Source: Candidatus Marinacidobacterium sp.
Lineage (GTDB): Bacteria > Acidobacteriota > Vicinamibacteria > Marinacidobacterales > Marinacidobacteraceae
Assembly: GCA_965262645.1 (NCBI GenBank)
Contig: CBDHFO010000017.1
Coordinates: 1,016,582-1,080,581 of the forward strand
Length of the DNA: 64,000 nt
Reading direction: 5' to 3'
In this document: positions 27,968 to 36,474 of the stretch, piece after piece
Layout of the letters: each line of letters begins with the position of its first letter
How positions within the stretch are numbered: position 1 is the first letter of the stretch
Notes under the pieces: generated by a model
Seen by the model: only the letters and a program-made list of their open reading frames with translations
The model's database searches: none
Told to the model about the DNA's origin: nothing
Made by a program: the position numbers and the translations under genes

Positions 27968-28417
27968 CTAGCAGCCTGCCGAACCCCGAAGCGGATTGTG
28001 AGTGCGCAGTTCGGGGAAGAGGGAGAAATCGCGATCGCAGGTGAACAGGACATCCACTCCGTGAGCGACGCAGATGGCGGCGATGTGGGCATCGTGGACG
28101 ACCCTGCCACGGACACGCGGCCGACACATGAACTCGGGCAGGATTTCCAGGAAGCCCCTCGTCGGACCGACGACGCGGTTGGAGGGCGAGGCGGCCATGC
28201 TGGCGAACTGTCTCCAAGCGACCTCCGTGCGCGTGGCGTCCGTCTTCCAGATCCGCCGATTCGTCACCACGCTCAGAAACTCGAAACAGCACGGCCAGGG
28301 GATGGTCCAGGAGGCATGACCTTCAATCAGCCTCTCCAGGACGGCTCGCGCCTCTCGGTGATGGAGCGAATCGCGACGATGCGCATACACCAGCAGATTC
28401 GTGTCCACCGCAATCAT
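27968..28417 (-). CDS. vapC: PIN-domain toxin VapC
   Basis: 149 aa. MIAVDTNLLVYA (first acidic residue), ...DAHIAAICVAHGVDVLFTCDRDF. Start overlaps the antitoxin stop (ATGA). Confidence 0.9.
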   Translation of the reverse strand: MIAVDTNLLVYAHRRDSLHHREARAVLERLIEGHASWTIPWPCCFEFLSVVTNRRIWKTDATRTEVAWRQFASMAASPSNRVVGPTRGFLEILPEFMCRPRVRGRVVHDAHIAAICVAHGVDVLFTCDRDFSLFPELRTHNPLRGSAGC

Positions 28418-28668
28418 TTGTTCCAGTCCCAGCGGTCTTCGTAGATCAGATCACGCAACTCTTCCCACGAGTACTCTGCGAGCGGATCCGGCCCATCCGG
28501 GTTTCCGACGCTCAAGTCGGGCCATTTGTAAGGCTCTTCTGTCTTCGGCTCGTCGAGCGTGCGGCGGAGTCCTTCTTCAACAACCGACCGGAGCGTCGTT
28601 CCGTTTTGTCGCGCGTGATGCTTCGCCCGCAGCAGCAGCCCATCGTGAATCTCCAGGGTCGTCTTCAT
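28414..28668 (-). CDS. vapB: VapB-type antitoxin
   Basis: 84 aa. MKTTLEIHDGLLLRAKHHARQNGTTLRSVVEEGLRRTL N-terminal DNA-binding fold. Coupled to vapC. Confidence 0.8.
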   Translation of the reverse strand: MKTTLEIHDGLLLRAKHHARQNGTTLRSVVEEGLRRTLDEPKTEEPYKWPDLSVGNPDGPDPLAEYSWEELRDLIYEDRWDWNK

Positions 28669-28729
28669 GGACCCATATTACCCATATTCTCGACTATGGG
28701 CGATATGGGCCATACACCACGCGTCACCA

Positions 28730-29089
28730 TCAAAACACGAAGGGCTCTTCGCGGACCATGGCCGCTTCGCAGCCGAAGGCGGCGTTCAGCGCCCCACAGA
28801 CCTCGAACATCCGGCCGGGGCCGAGGTGGCCGATCCACTGCCGGAGGTCGGATCGCGGCACGGTCTGGACGTGGTCCAGGTTCACCACGCAGTCGTGCTT
28901 CAGCCCGTCTCCCACACCGACGTGCACTTCGCTGCGAATTCCCCGAACGGTGGTGGTGACCGGCGCAACGGCGACGGTGCGCAACCGGTTGACCACGTCG
29001 TCGCGGGTAAGCACCAGGACCGGGCGCCGCCGGTCCGGGGCTCCGAAATGATGGAGCCAGAGATCCCCGCGCCGGACTATTCTGGCCAC
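28730..29089 (-). CDS. mazF: MazF/PemK-family endoribonuclease toxin
   Basis: GTG 29087-29089, 119 aa: VARIVRRGDLWLHHFGAPDRRRPVLVLTRDDV...APVTTTVRGIRSEVHVG...VVNLDHVQTV. It is the C-terminal part of the artefactual 928-aa track ORF 28730..31516. Overlaps the antitoxin stop by 13 nt. Confidence 0.8.
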   Translation of the reverse strand: MARIVRRGDLWLHHFGAPDRRRPVLVLTRDDVVNRLRTVAVAPVTTTVRGIRSEVHVGVGDGLKHDCVVNLDHVQTVPRSDLRQWIGHLGPGRMFEVCGALNAAFGCEAAMVREEPFVF

Positions 29090-29313
29090 GGGGCAGCCGC
29101 CTCGGTCCAGCCCTTCAGTTCCTCTTCGATCGGCGGGAAATCGGGGCCGTAGCCGCGGGCGTACGCCTCGCCGACCCGCTGCTCTTCGCGACGGCGGAGA
29201 TACGCCTCCGCAATGCGCCGGACGACTTCGGAACGACCCAACCGGCGCACGATCTCGTCGGCATCGAGGCGGGCCAGCAGATCTTCGGAGAAGTTGACCT
29301 GTACTGCCTTCAT
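29077..29313 (-). CDS. Ribbon-helix-helix (CopG-like) antitoxin
   Basis: 78 aa. MKAVQVNFSEDLLARLDA...EVVRRIAEAYLRR. Located directly upstream of mazF. Confidence 0.8.
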   Translation of the reverse strand: MKAVQVNFSEDLLARLDADEIVRRLGRSEVVRRIAEAYLRRREEQRVGEAYARGYGPDFPPIEEELKGWTEAAAPWPE

Positions 29314-29325
29314 GCCGGCAACTTA

Positions 29326-29341
29326 CCACAGAAATATGTGG
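29326..29341. promoter_or_regulatory. Candidate operator palindrome upstream of the RHH-mazF operon
   Basis: CCACA-GAAATA-TGTGG, 13 nt upstream of the RHH start codon, in the 97-bp divergent region. Confidence 0.3.
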
Positions 29342-29410
29342 ATGAGCATCGACATCCCTGCCGTAACCGGACCGAGCATCCGGGCGGTCTCCGGCGATAA
29401 TCTGGCCAGC

Positions 29411-31714
29411 ATGCTTTCGCCCTGGCGCCTGCGGTTCGGCGCCGCCGTCATTGGCCTCGCCCTGCTCACTGGCGCGGGCTGTGCCGGGCTTCCCGGCGGG
29501 ACCGACGCCATCCGACCTCTGAACGTGGTGGTGGTCACGCTGGACACCCTCTCGCCGCGGCATCTGAGCCAGCACGGCAACGAACGCCTCGAAACGCCCG
29601 CGTTCGGGCGAGTGGCCGCCGAAGGGGTGCTCTTCGAGCAAGCCACCGCCACCGTGCCGCTCACCCTGCCCTCCCACACCTCGATGTTCACCGGGACCTA
29701 CCCGATGTTCCACGGGGTCCGGGACAACGGCGGCTACTACGTGCGCGAGGACTCCGAGACGCTCGCAGAAGTGCTTCGGGACGCGGGGTATCGGACGGGC
29801 GGGTTCGTGGCCGCCTTCGTGGTGGACTCGCGCTGGGGGCTCGACCAGGGGTTCGAGCGCTACCACGACGACTTCAACTTCCGCGAGTTCGAGCGCATCA
29901 GCCTCGACAGCGTGCAGCGTCCGGGAGATGAGGTAATGGACGCGGCGCTCGCCTGGATGGACGAGGTGAAGGAAGAGCGGTTTTTCTCCTGGATCCACCT
30001 CTACGACCCGCACTGGCCCTACGAGGCGCCGGAACCCTGGGCCTCCCGGGTGAGCGGCTATCCGGACGCTCCTTACGACGCAGAAGTCTTGTTCACCGAT
30101 TCCCTGGTCGGGCGGTTGCTCGACTGGCTGGACGAAAGCGCGCTCGCCGACGACACCCTCCTGGTCCTGATCGGCGACCACGGCGAGAGCCTCGGCCGGC
30201 ACCGGGAGGGAGCCCACGGGTTCTTCATCTACGACGCCTCGATGCAGGTGCCCTTTCTGCTGCGGGCGCCCTACCGGCAGATCGGGCGCGGGTTGCGGGT
30301 TCCGGCACAGGTGCGCGGGATCGACCTCATGCCGACCGTGCTCGACCTCGTCGGCCTGCCTGTTCCGGGCGACGTGCAGGGCGCAAGTCTGGTTCCGCTG
30401 GCGGACGGGTCCGAGAGCGACCTCGGACTTTGGGCGTATTCGGAAAGTCTCTATCCCCGGAACCACTACGGCTGGTCCCCGCTCCGCTCGCTTCGGAACG
30501 GCCTGCTCCATTTCATTTCGGCGCCGCGGCCGGAACTCTTCGAGGTGCTCGACGATCCGGGAGAAGCGACGAATCTTGCTCCCGACCGGCCCGGCCAGGT
30601 GCGGCAGCTCGAGGCGCGGCTCGACCAGTTGGTTGCCGAGCTGGGGAACGAAGGAGCCGAGGAACAGGCGCCCGAGACGCTGGATGAGGACACCCGCGCG
30701 CAACTGGCCGCGCTGGGATATCTGGGAGGGTCTTCCCGAGTCCGGGTGAACGAAGACGAACCGCTCGCCGATCCGAAGGACAAGATCGTGCTCTACAACC
30801 TCCTGAAGGCGGCGGGTACCGATTCCACCGAGGAGCGGGTCGAGGATGCGATGGCCAAGGTTCGGCGGGTGCTTGCCCAGGACGCCGGCATCCTCGAGGC
30901 CCACCTCATCCTCGGGAACCTCTTCGTCAAACAGGAGGAGTGGGACGGGGCCATCGGGGCTTACCGGGAGGCGCTGTCGCTCGATCCTGAATACAAGTCC
31001 GCGATCCTGGGTCTCGCCGACGCCTACCGGCTGGCGGACCGGCTCGACGAAGCGGCGGCCGGCTACCGGCGCCTCCTTGAGCTCGACCCGAACGACAACA
31101 AGGCGTTCTACCACCTCGCGGAGATCCACGCCGCCCGTGAGGAGTACGAGGCGGCGCTCGAGGTCCTCGCCGGGCTCGAGGCGACGGGCGAGGAGCGGGC
31201 GCCGGCGCGCAATCTGAAGGGCCAGTCTCTCCTGAGCCTCGGACGGCTCGACGAGGCCGAGGCCGAGCTGCGTCTCGCGCTCGAGATGGACGATCAGCTC
31301 TCGGACGCCTGGTACAACCTGGCGCTGCTGTTCGAGGAACGGGGCGACGGTTCCCGCGCGATCGAAGCCTACGAAACCCGCCTCGAAATGGCCCCCAAGG
31401 ATTTCCGGTCCCACTTCAACGTCGGGAAGCTCTACGGCGCGCTGGGCGACCGGGACCGGATGGAGGCATCCTTCCGGGCCGCCATCGGGCACAACGACGA
31501 GTTCGCGGTCGGCCACCTGTATCTCGCCAAGGCGCTTCTCGACCGCGGAGAACTACTAGAAGCCGAAGAGACCGCGCTCCGCGGTCTGGCCCTCGAACCC
31601 GAGCCAGAAATGGCGCCCCTCGGGCACTTCGTGCTGGCGGACGTCTACAACCGCCAGGGCCGCACCGCCGAGGCCGAACGCGAGGTTCGTCGCGCTCAGT
31701 CCTACCGGAGATAG
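29411..31714 (+). CDS. Sulfatase-like hydrolase/transferase (alkaline-phosphatase superfamily) lipoprotein fused to C-terminal TPR repeats
   Basis: ATG 29411 gives MLSPWRLRFGAAVIGLALLTGAGC (lipobox). VVVTLDTL..., TLPSHTSMFTG (Thr where sulfatases have Cys/Ser), LIGDHGE. The C-terminal ~300 aa are TPR-like. Alternative starts at 29336/29342. Confidence 0.85.
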   Translation: MLSPWRLRFGAAVIGLALLTGAGCAGLPGGTDAIRPLNVVVVTLDTLSPRHLSQHGNERLETPAFGRVAAEGVLFEQATATVPLTLPSHTSMFTGTYPMFHGVRDNGGYYVREDSETLAEVLRDAGYRTGGFVAAFVVDSRWGLDQGFERYHDDFNFREFERISLDSVQRPGDEVMDAALAWMDEVKEERFFSWIHLYDPHWPYEAPEPWASRVSGYPDAPYDAEVLFTDSLVGRLLDWLDESALADDTLLVLIGDHGESLGRHREGAHGFFIYDASMQVPFLLRAPYRQIGRGLRVPAQVRGIDLMPTVLDLVGLPVPGDVQGASLVPLADGSESDLGLWAYSESLYPRNHYGWSPLRSLRNGLLHFISAPRPELFEVLDDPGEATNLAPDRPGQVRQLEARLDQLVAELGNEGAEEQAPETLDEDTRAQLAALGYLGGSSRVRVNEDEPLADPKDKIVLYNLLKAAGTDSTEERVEDAMAKVRRVLAQDAGILEAHLILGNLFVKQEEWDGAIGAYREALSLDPEYKSAILGLADAYRLADRLDEAAAGYRRLLELDPNDNKAFYHLAEIHAAREEYEAALEVLAGLEATGEERAPARNLKGQSLLSLGRLDEAEAELRLALEMDDQLSDAWYNLALLFEERGDGSRAIEAYETRLEMAPKDFRSHFNVGKLYGALGDRDRMEASFRAAIGHNDEFAVGHLYLAKALLDRGELLEAEETALRGLALEPEPEMAPLGHFVLADVYNRQGRTAEAEREVRRAQSYRR

Positions 31715-31735
31715 TGGGCCTTTCCAAGGGGCGCA

Positions 31736-32005
31736 GCAGCCTGTGGCAAAACCCACGCGGCCCAGTTCTCCCGGTGGGGGCTCGACCGGCGATCCCCAGT
31801 TCTCCCGGTGGGGGCCCCGGCTGAACCACTCCGCTTCGCTCCGTTCTGCGTTGCGTTTCGGTCGAAATACACGCGGGCCAGTTCTCCCGGTGGGGGCTCC
31901 TCCCTCACGCGCCTTGTCAGCCGGGCCCCCACCGGGAGGACTGGCCCCACCGGGAGAACTGGGCCTCACCGGTCTCGGCGCTCACGTGAGTTTCACCACC
32001 GGCTG
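31736..32005. mobile_element. MITE-like element, copy 2 (270 bp)
   Basis: TIRs CAGCCTGTGGCAAAACCCACGCG / (reverse complement) CAGCCGGTGGTGAAACTCACGTG, 18/23 identical. Same core as copy 1, with extra copies of the CAGTTCTCCCGGTGGGG module. Confidence 0.7.
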
Positions 32006-32019
32006 CTAGGAGAAACCGA

Positions 32020-32832
32020 ATGCGGTTCGATCTGGTTTCGGATGTCCATGAGGACACCGGTTGGGGCGGCCGGCCTCTCCGCACCGGTGATGCGGAGACG
32101 CTGGTGATCGCCGGCGATGTGGGCAACGGGGTGGAGGTGACGGCGGCCGCGGTGACCGCGCTGGCCCGGGAGTACGGGCAAGTCGTGTTCGTGGACGGGA
32201 ACCACGAGTTCTACTCGTCAGGAGGCGAAATCGACCGGACGCGGGACCGGCTCCAGGAAGCGTTCCCCGCGAATGTCCACTATCTCGACCGGAAAGGGCC
32301 GTTTTGTCTCGGCAATACGGCTTTCGCCGGCGCCAACGGCTGGTACCAATTCCACGAGCCGTCTTCCGGTTCGTTTCGGGCGCAGTCGGAGTGGTGGAGC
32401 TGGCGCTCCAACGACGCGCGGCTCGTCTTCCCGGGGCGCGACCCGCAGCAGGCGCTGGAGCGGTGGGAAGAATCGAGGCGCACCCTGTTCCGCCAACTCG
32501 AATGCGCCCGCGACGACCCAGCCGTCGAGCATGTCGTCGTGGTGACGCACTCGGTTCCCCATTCCGGCGCTCTCCGGGATGGCTATGAGCCGGCGTCGAA
32601 CGGCTCGTACTACAACGGGCTGTTCGAGGAAGCGAAAAACGCCGGACGCGGACTCCTCGCCAAGCTGCGGGTCTGGTGCTTCGGGCACACGCACCACCCG
32701 GCGTTCTTCCGGGACCAGACGTCCGGGGCGGATGTCTGGTTCGTCGCCAACCCTCGTGGCTACCGCCGCGAGCGCCACAACCCGAGGCGCAACCGCATCG
32801 TCGAAGTCGATGTGGAAAACCCCGGATACTGA
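32020..32832 (+). CDS. Metallophosphoesterase (calcineurin-like)
   Basis: 270 aa. LVSDVHED, IAGDVGNG, VDGNHEF, GHTH motifs. Confidence 0.85.
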   Translation: MRFDLVSDVHEDTGWGGRPLRTGDAETLVIAGDVGNGVEVTAAAVTALAREYGQVVFVDGNHEFYSSGGEIDRTRDRLQEAFPANVHYLDRKGPFCLGNTAFAGANGWYQFHEPSSGSFRAQSEWWSWRSNDARLVFPGRDPQQALERWEESRRTLFRQLECARDDPAVEHVVVVTHSVPHSGALRDGYEPASNGSYYNGLFEEAKNAGRGLLAKLRVWCFGHTHHPAFFRDQTSGADVWFVANPRGYRRERHNPRRNRIVEVDVENPGY

Positions 32833-32875
32833 ATCCCGCGGGCTGCCTCCGGCGTCGAACGCTCTCATTCCACGC

Positions 32876-32896
32876 AACGCAGGCATCGCCTGCGTT
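32876..32896. promoter_or_regulatory. Perfect 9-bp-stem palindrome (operator or terminator candidate)
   Basis: AACGCAGGC-ATC-GCCTGCGTT lies between the phosphoesterase stop and the antitoxin start. AGGAGGGA RBS at 32913-20. Confidence 0.3.
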
Positions 32897-32925
32897 AGGA
32901 TTCGGTGTTCCCAGGAGGGACCCCC

Positions 32926-33171
32926 GTGGCCAGCCTTTCTATCCGCAATCTGGACGAAACCACCAAGAAACGTCTTCGGGTCCGCGCTGCAGAGAACGGA
33001 CGTTCCATGGAAGCCGAAGCGCGCGCCATCCTGAGTTCCCGATTGGAGGATCCCGCCCCCACGGATCGAGGGCTCGGATCCGCGATCCACGCCCTGTTCG
33101 CGCCGCTCGGGGGCGCAGATCTGGAGCCCCTGCCCAGGGAACCGATTCCGGATCCTCCCGAATTCGGTTAG
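32926..33171 (+). CDS. FitA/VapB-like (Arc/RHH-type) antitoxin
   Basis: GTG 32926 preceded by GGAGG. VASLSIRNLDETTKKRLRVRAAENGRSMEAEARAIL. Confidence 0.8.
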   Translation: MASLSIRNLDETTKKRLRVRAAENGRSMEAEARAILSSRLEDPAPTDRGLGSAIHALFAPLGGADLEPLPREPIPDPPEFG

Positions 33172-33186
33172 TCGGGGCCGCGCGCC

Positions 33187-33609
33187 GTGTTCGTCCTCGA
33201 TTCCAACGTGCTTTCTGAAGTGATGCGCAAGCACCCGGAGCCCTCCGTGCTCGACTGGATGGATCGGCAACCGGTGACGGAGCTTTTCACGGCGGCGAAC
33301 TGCGAGGCCGAAATCCGTTTCGGCATCGCCACGCTGCCGGCAGGCGGGCGGCGTGAGGGCCTGCGACGCTCGGCCGACCGGGTTTTCCGTGGTTTCCTGC
33401 GCGGCAGGATCCTCCCCTTCGACAGTGAAGCGGCGCAGCGATTCGCGGTACTCGCCTCCGATCGGCGCCGCGCCGGACATCCGATGTCCATCAACGACGC
33501 CCAGATCGCAGCCGTCGCCGCATCCCACGGCGCCACTCTCGCCACTCGGAACACCCGTGACTTTCGCGAGTGCGGAATCCGCGTCATCAACCCGTGGGAA
33601 ACTGAGTGA
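33187..33609 (+). CDS. vapC: PIN-domain toxin (FitB/VapC family)
   Basis: 140 aa. MFVLDSNVLSE..., ...NDAQIAAVAASHGATLATRNTRDF. Confidence 0.9.
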   Translation: MFVLDSNVLSEVMRKHPEPSVLDWMDRQPVTELFTAANCEAEIRFGIATLPAGGRREGLRRSADRVFRGFLRGRILPFDSEAAQRFAVLASDRRRAGHPMSINDAQIAAVAASHGATLATRNTRDFRECGIRVINPWETE

Positions 33610-33699
33610 GGAATCCCGCCGCCGGCAGAGGGACCGGACATCCCGGAGAACTCCCGCAGCCGCCCGGCGGCGGGGAGCAAGACCTCAGGAGCAAGAACG

Positions 33700-35820
33700 A
33701 TGAGAAACAAGACCGTCGCCGCCGGAGCGGCCCTGATCCTCGCCGCCGGCTGCGGCGGGACGCCTGAGCCAGAGATGGGAGACAACCCCTTCTTCACCGA
33801 AAGCAGCCTCCCCTACGGGCTGCCCGCTTTCGATCTCATCGAGGACAGCCACTACCGGGCGGCGTTCGAGCGCGGGATGGCCGAGCAGATCGAAGAGGTG
33901 GAGGCGATCGCGTCGGCCCCGGAGCCGGCCACCCTCGACAACACGCTCGTCGCCATGGAGCGGTCGGGGCGTCTGCTCGACCGGGTGGCGCGGGTCTTCT
34001 TCAGCTTGGCGTCCGCCGATACGAACGACGAGATCAATGCCATCCGCGCCGAGATGGCGCCGAAACTGGCGGCCCACTCCGACCAGATCCTGCTGAACGC
34101 CGACCTCTTCGCCCGGGTAGAGGCGCTCTTCGAGGGGCGCGAGGCCGCCGGACTCTCGCCCGAAGAAGTGCGGCTGGTGGAGCAGTACCGGCGCGACTTC
34201 ACCCGCGCCGGCGCCCAGCTCTCGGAACCCGAGAAGGAGCGCATGCGGGAGATCAACGCCGAAGTCGCTTCCCTTTCGGCCGCCTTCAGCGACAACACCC
34301 TGAACGAGGTGAACGCCTCGGCAGTGGTGGTGGATACCGCCGAGGAACTCGCCGGACTTTCCGAAGGGGAAATCGCCGCCGCGGCCGAGGCGGCGAAGGC
34401 GCGCGACCTCGAGGGCAAGTACGTGATCGCCCTCCTGAACACCAGCGGCCAGCCGGCGCAGTCATCGCTCGAAGACCGCGCGCTGCGGGAGCGGATTGCG
34501 AATACCTCGCTCACGCGGGGCAGTCGCGGGGGGGAACACGACAACCGCGAGGTGATCGTGAAGATCGCGGCGCTCCGCGCCGAGCGCGCCGGGCTGCTCG
34601 GATACCCGCACCATGCCGCCTATGTCCTTGAGGAGCAGACGGCGCAGACCATCGAGGCCGTAAACGGGCGCCTCGCGGGACTTGCCCCGGCGGCAGTGGC
34701 CAATGCGCGCCGGGAAGCCGACGACCTGGCGGCCCTTGCCCGATCGGAGGGCGCCGATATCGACATCGCGGCCTGGGACTGGTCCTACTACTCCGAAAAG
34801 CTCCGGGCCCAACGGTTCTCATTTGACGCCTCGCAACTCAAGCCCTACTTCGAGATGAACGGCGTCTTGGTAAACGGCGTCTTCCACGCCGCGAACCAGC
34901 TCTTCGGCCTCCGATTCGAAGAAAGGCCCGAACTGCCGGTCTATCACCCGGACGTGCGCGTCTGGGAGGTCTTCGAGGAGGACGGCTCCCCGCTCGGACT
35001 CTTCATCGGCGACTTCTACGCCCGGCCGTCGAAGCGGGGCGGGGCCTGGATGAACGCCTACGTCTCCCAGTCAAACCTCCTGGGAACGAAACCGGTCGTC
35101 GCGAACCACCTGAACATCCCGAAACCTCCCGAGGGGGAACCGACGCTGCTGACCTTCGACGAAGTCATCACGATGTTCCACGAGTTCGGACACGCGCTCC
35201 ACGGCCTGTTTTCGAGCGTCCGCTACCCCTACTTCGCGGGAACCTCGGTGCCGCGGGATTTCGTCGAATACCCCTCGCAGGTGAACGAGATGTGGGCCAC
35301 CTGGCCGGAGGTGCTCCGGAACTACGCGATCCACCACGAGACCGGGGAGCCGATTCCGGCGGACCTCCTCGACCGGGTGCTGTCGGCGCGCACTTTCAAC
35401 CAGGGTTTCGCCACCACCGAATATCTCGCGGCCACGCTGCTGGATCTGGCCTGGCATCAACTCGACGCTTCCGGCGTTCCGGAAGCCGACGGCGTCCTCG
35501 CGTTCGAAGAGTCGGCGCTGGAAGCGGCGGGGGTCGCCTTCGCTCCGGTGCCGCCCCGCTACCGGAGCACCTATTTCTCGCACATCTGGAGCAGCGGCTA
35601 TTCGGCCGGCTACTACTCGTACATCTGGAGCGAGGTTCTGGACGCCGATTCCGTCGAATGGTTCAAGGAGAACGACGGCCTGAAGCGCGAAAACGGCGAC
35701 CACTTCCGGCAAACGCTGCTCTCGAAGGGTGGCAGCGTGGAAGCGATGGATCTCTTCCGAACCTTCCGCGGGCGGGACGCGGATGTCGAACCGCTCCTCA
35801 GACGGCGCGGGCTGAACTGA
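33700..35820 (+). CDS. dcp: M3-family peptidyl-dipeptidase
   Basis: 706 aa, lipoprotein-like N-terminus (LILAAGCGG), zinc motif HEFGHALH, C-terminal M3 domain. Confidence 0.9.
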   Translation: MRNKTVAAGAALILAAGCGGTPEPEMGDNPFFTESSLPYGLPAFDLIEDSHYRAAFERGMAEQIEEVEAIASAPEPATLDNTLVAMERSGRLLDRVARVFFSLASADTNDEINAIRAEMAPKLAAHSDQILLNADLFARVEALFEGREAAGLSPEEVRLVEQYRRDFTRAGAQLSEPEKERMREINAEVASLSAAFSDNTLNEVNASAVVVDTAEELAGLSEGEIAAAAEAAKARDLEGKYVIALLNTSGQPAQSSLEDRALRERIANTSLTRGSRGGEHDNREVIVKIAALRAERAGLLGYPHHAAYVLEEQTAQTIEAVNGRLAGLAPAAVANARREADDLAALARSEGADIDIAAWDWSYYSEKLRAQRFSFDASQLKPYFEMNGVLVNGVFHAANQLFGLRFEERPELPVYHPDVRVWEVFEEDGSPLGLFIGDFYARPSKRGGAWMNAYVSQSNLLGTKPVVANHLNIPKPPEGEPTLLTFDEVITMFHEFGHALHGLFSSVRYPYFAGTSVPRDFVEYPSQVNEMWATWPEVLRNYAIHHETGEPIPADLLDRVLSARTFNQGFATTEYLAATLLDLAWHQLDASGVPEADGVLAFEESALEAAGVAFAPVPPRYRSTYFSHIWSSGYSAGYYSYIWSEVLDADSVEWFKENDGLKRENGDHFRQTLLSKGGSVEAMDLFRTFRGRDADVEPLLRRRGLN

Positions 35821-35976
35821 CGGGGTCTCGCCCGGCTGACGCGGGCCATGCCGGACCCCACCGGCAGAAACTCAGATGATCGGCCCGCCGCACACCCCGC
35901 CCGGCATCAATGGCGCAGACGCGGAACACCGAAGACGCAAGGTGGTGACGGCTGCCCGGAAACGCCGACCTGTGGG

Positions 35977-36021
35977 CAGTTCTCCCGGTGGGGCCCGGCA
36001 CAGCCCGCCGAAGGCGGGCGG
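35977..36021 (+). repeat. Mosaic fragment: MITE 17-mer module fused to the REP right half
   Basis: CAGTTCTCCCGGTGGGG followed by GGCACAGCCCGCCGAAGGCGGGCGG (compare 49288-49312). Confidence 0.6.
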
Positions 36022-36130
36022 GAGGGAAGGGCCCCCAGTTCTGAGATGGCCCCCTCTCTGCGGGATCCCGGCGTTGGGCGTGACCCGTACATCCGGGTAG
36101 CTCACGCCGTTCGCTGTGCTTCGCGCAGCG

Positions 36131-36409
36131 GTGCCGACCGGAGGTCGGCGTTCCCGTGCCTGCGTCCCTTCAGAGCGAACAGCGATGCGCCGTGCGCTGG
36201 CCGCCGGCCAGCGGTGCCGACCGGAGGTCGGCGTTCCCGTGCCTGCGTCCCTTCAGAGCGAACGGCGATGCGCCGTGCGCTGGCCGCCGGCCAGCGGTGC
36301 CGACCGGAGGTCGGCGTTCCCGTGCCTGCGTCCCTTCAGAGCGAACAGCGATGCGCCGTGCGCTGGCCGCCGGCCAGCGGTGCCGACCGGAGGTCGGCGT
36401 TCCCGTGCC
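36131..36409. repeat. 83-bp tandem repeat, 3 full units plus a 30-nt partial
   Basis: Units start at 36131, 36214, 36297 and 36380. Unit: GTGCCGACCGGAGGTCGGCGTTCCCGTGCCTGCGTCCCTTCAGAGCGAACAGCGATGCGCCGTGCGCTGGCCGCCGGCCAGCG. Only one substitution between full units (A/G in GAACAGCG). Confidence 0.95.
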
Positions 36410-36474
36410 CGGCCGCCCTCTTGCCCAATCTGCGGCGGGCGATCTCGCCCGTCTGCGCCACTCGTTGGCAGGGC

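Noticed and set aside
28730-31516. A 928-aa minus-strand ORF that looked like one large protein.
   Set aside because: Only the last 119 codons (the MazF-like toxin from GTG 29089) are protein-like. The rest is antisense to the well-supported sulfatase-like/TPR gene.
36131-36409. The 83-bp repeat array as a CRISPR array.
   Set aside because: Units are contiguous with no unique spacers, the unit is far longer than a CRISPR repeat, and no cas genes are nearby.
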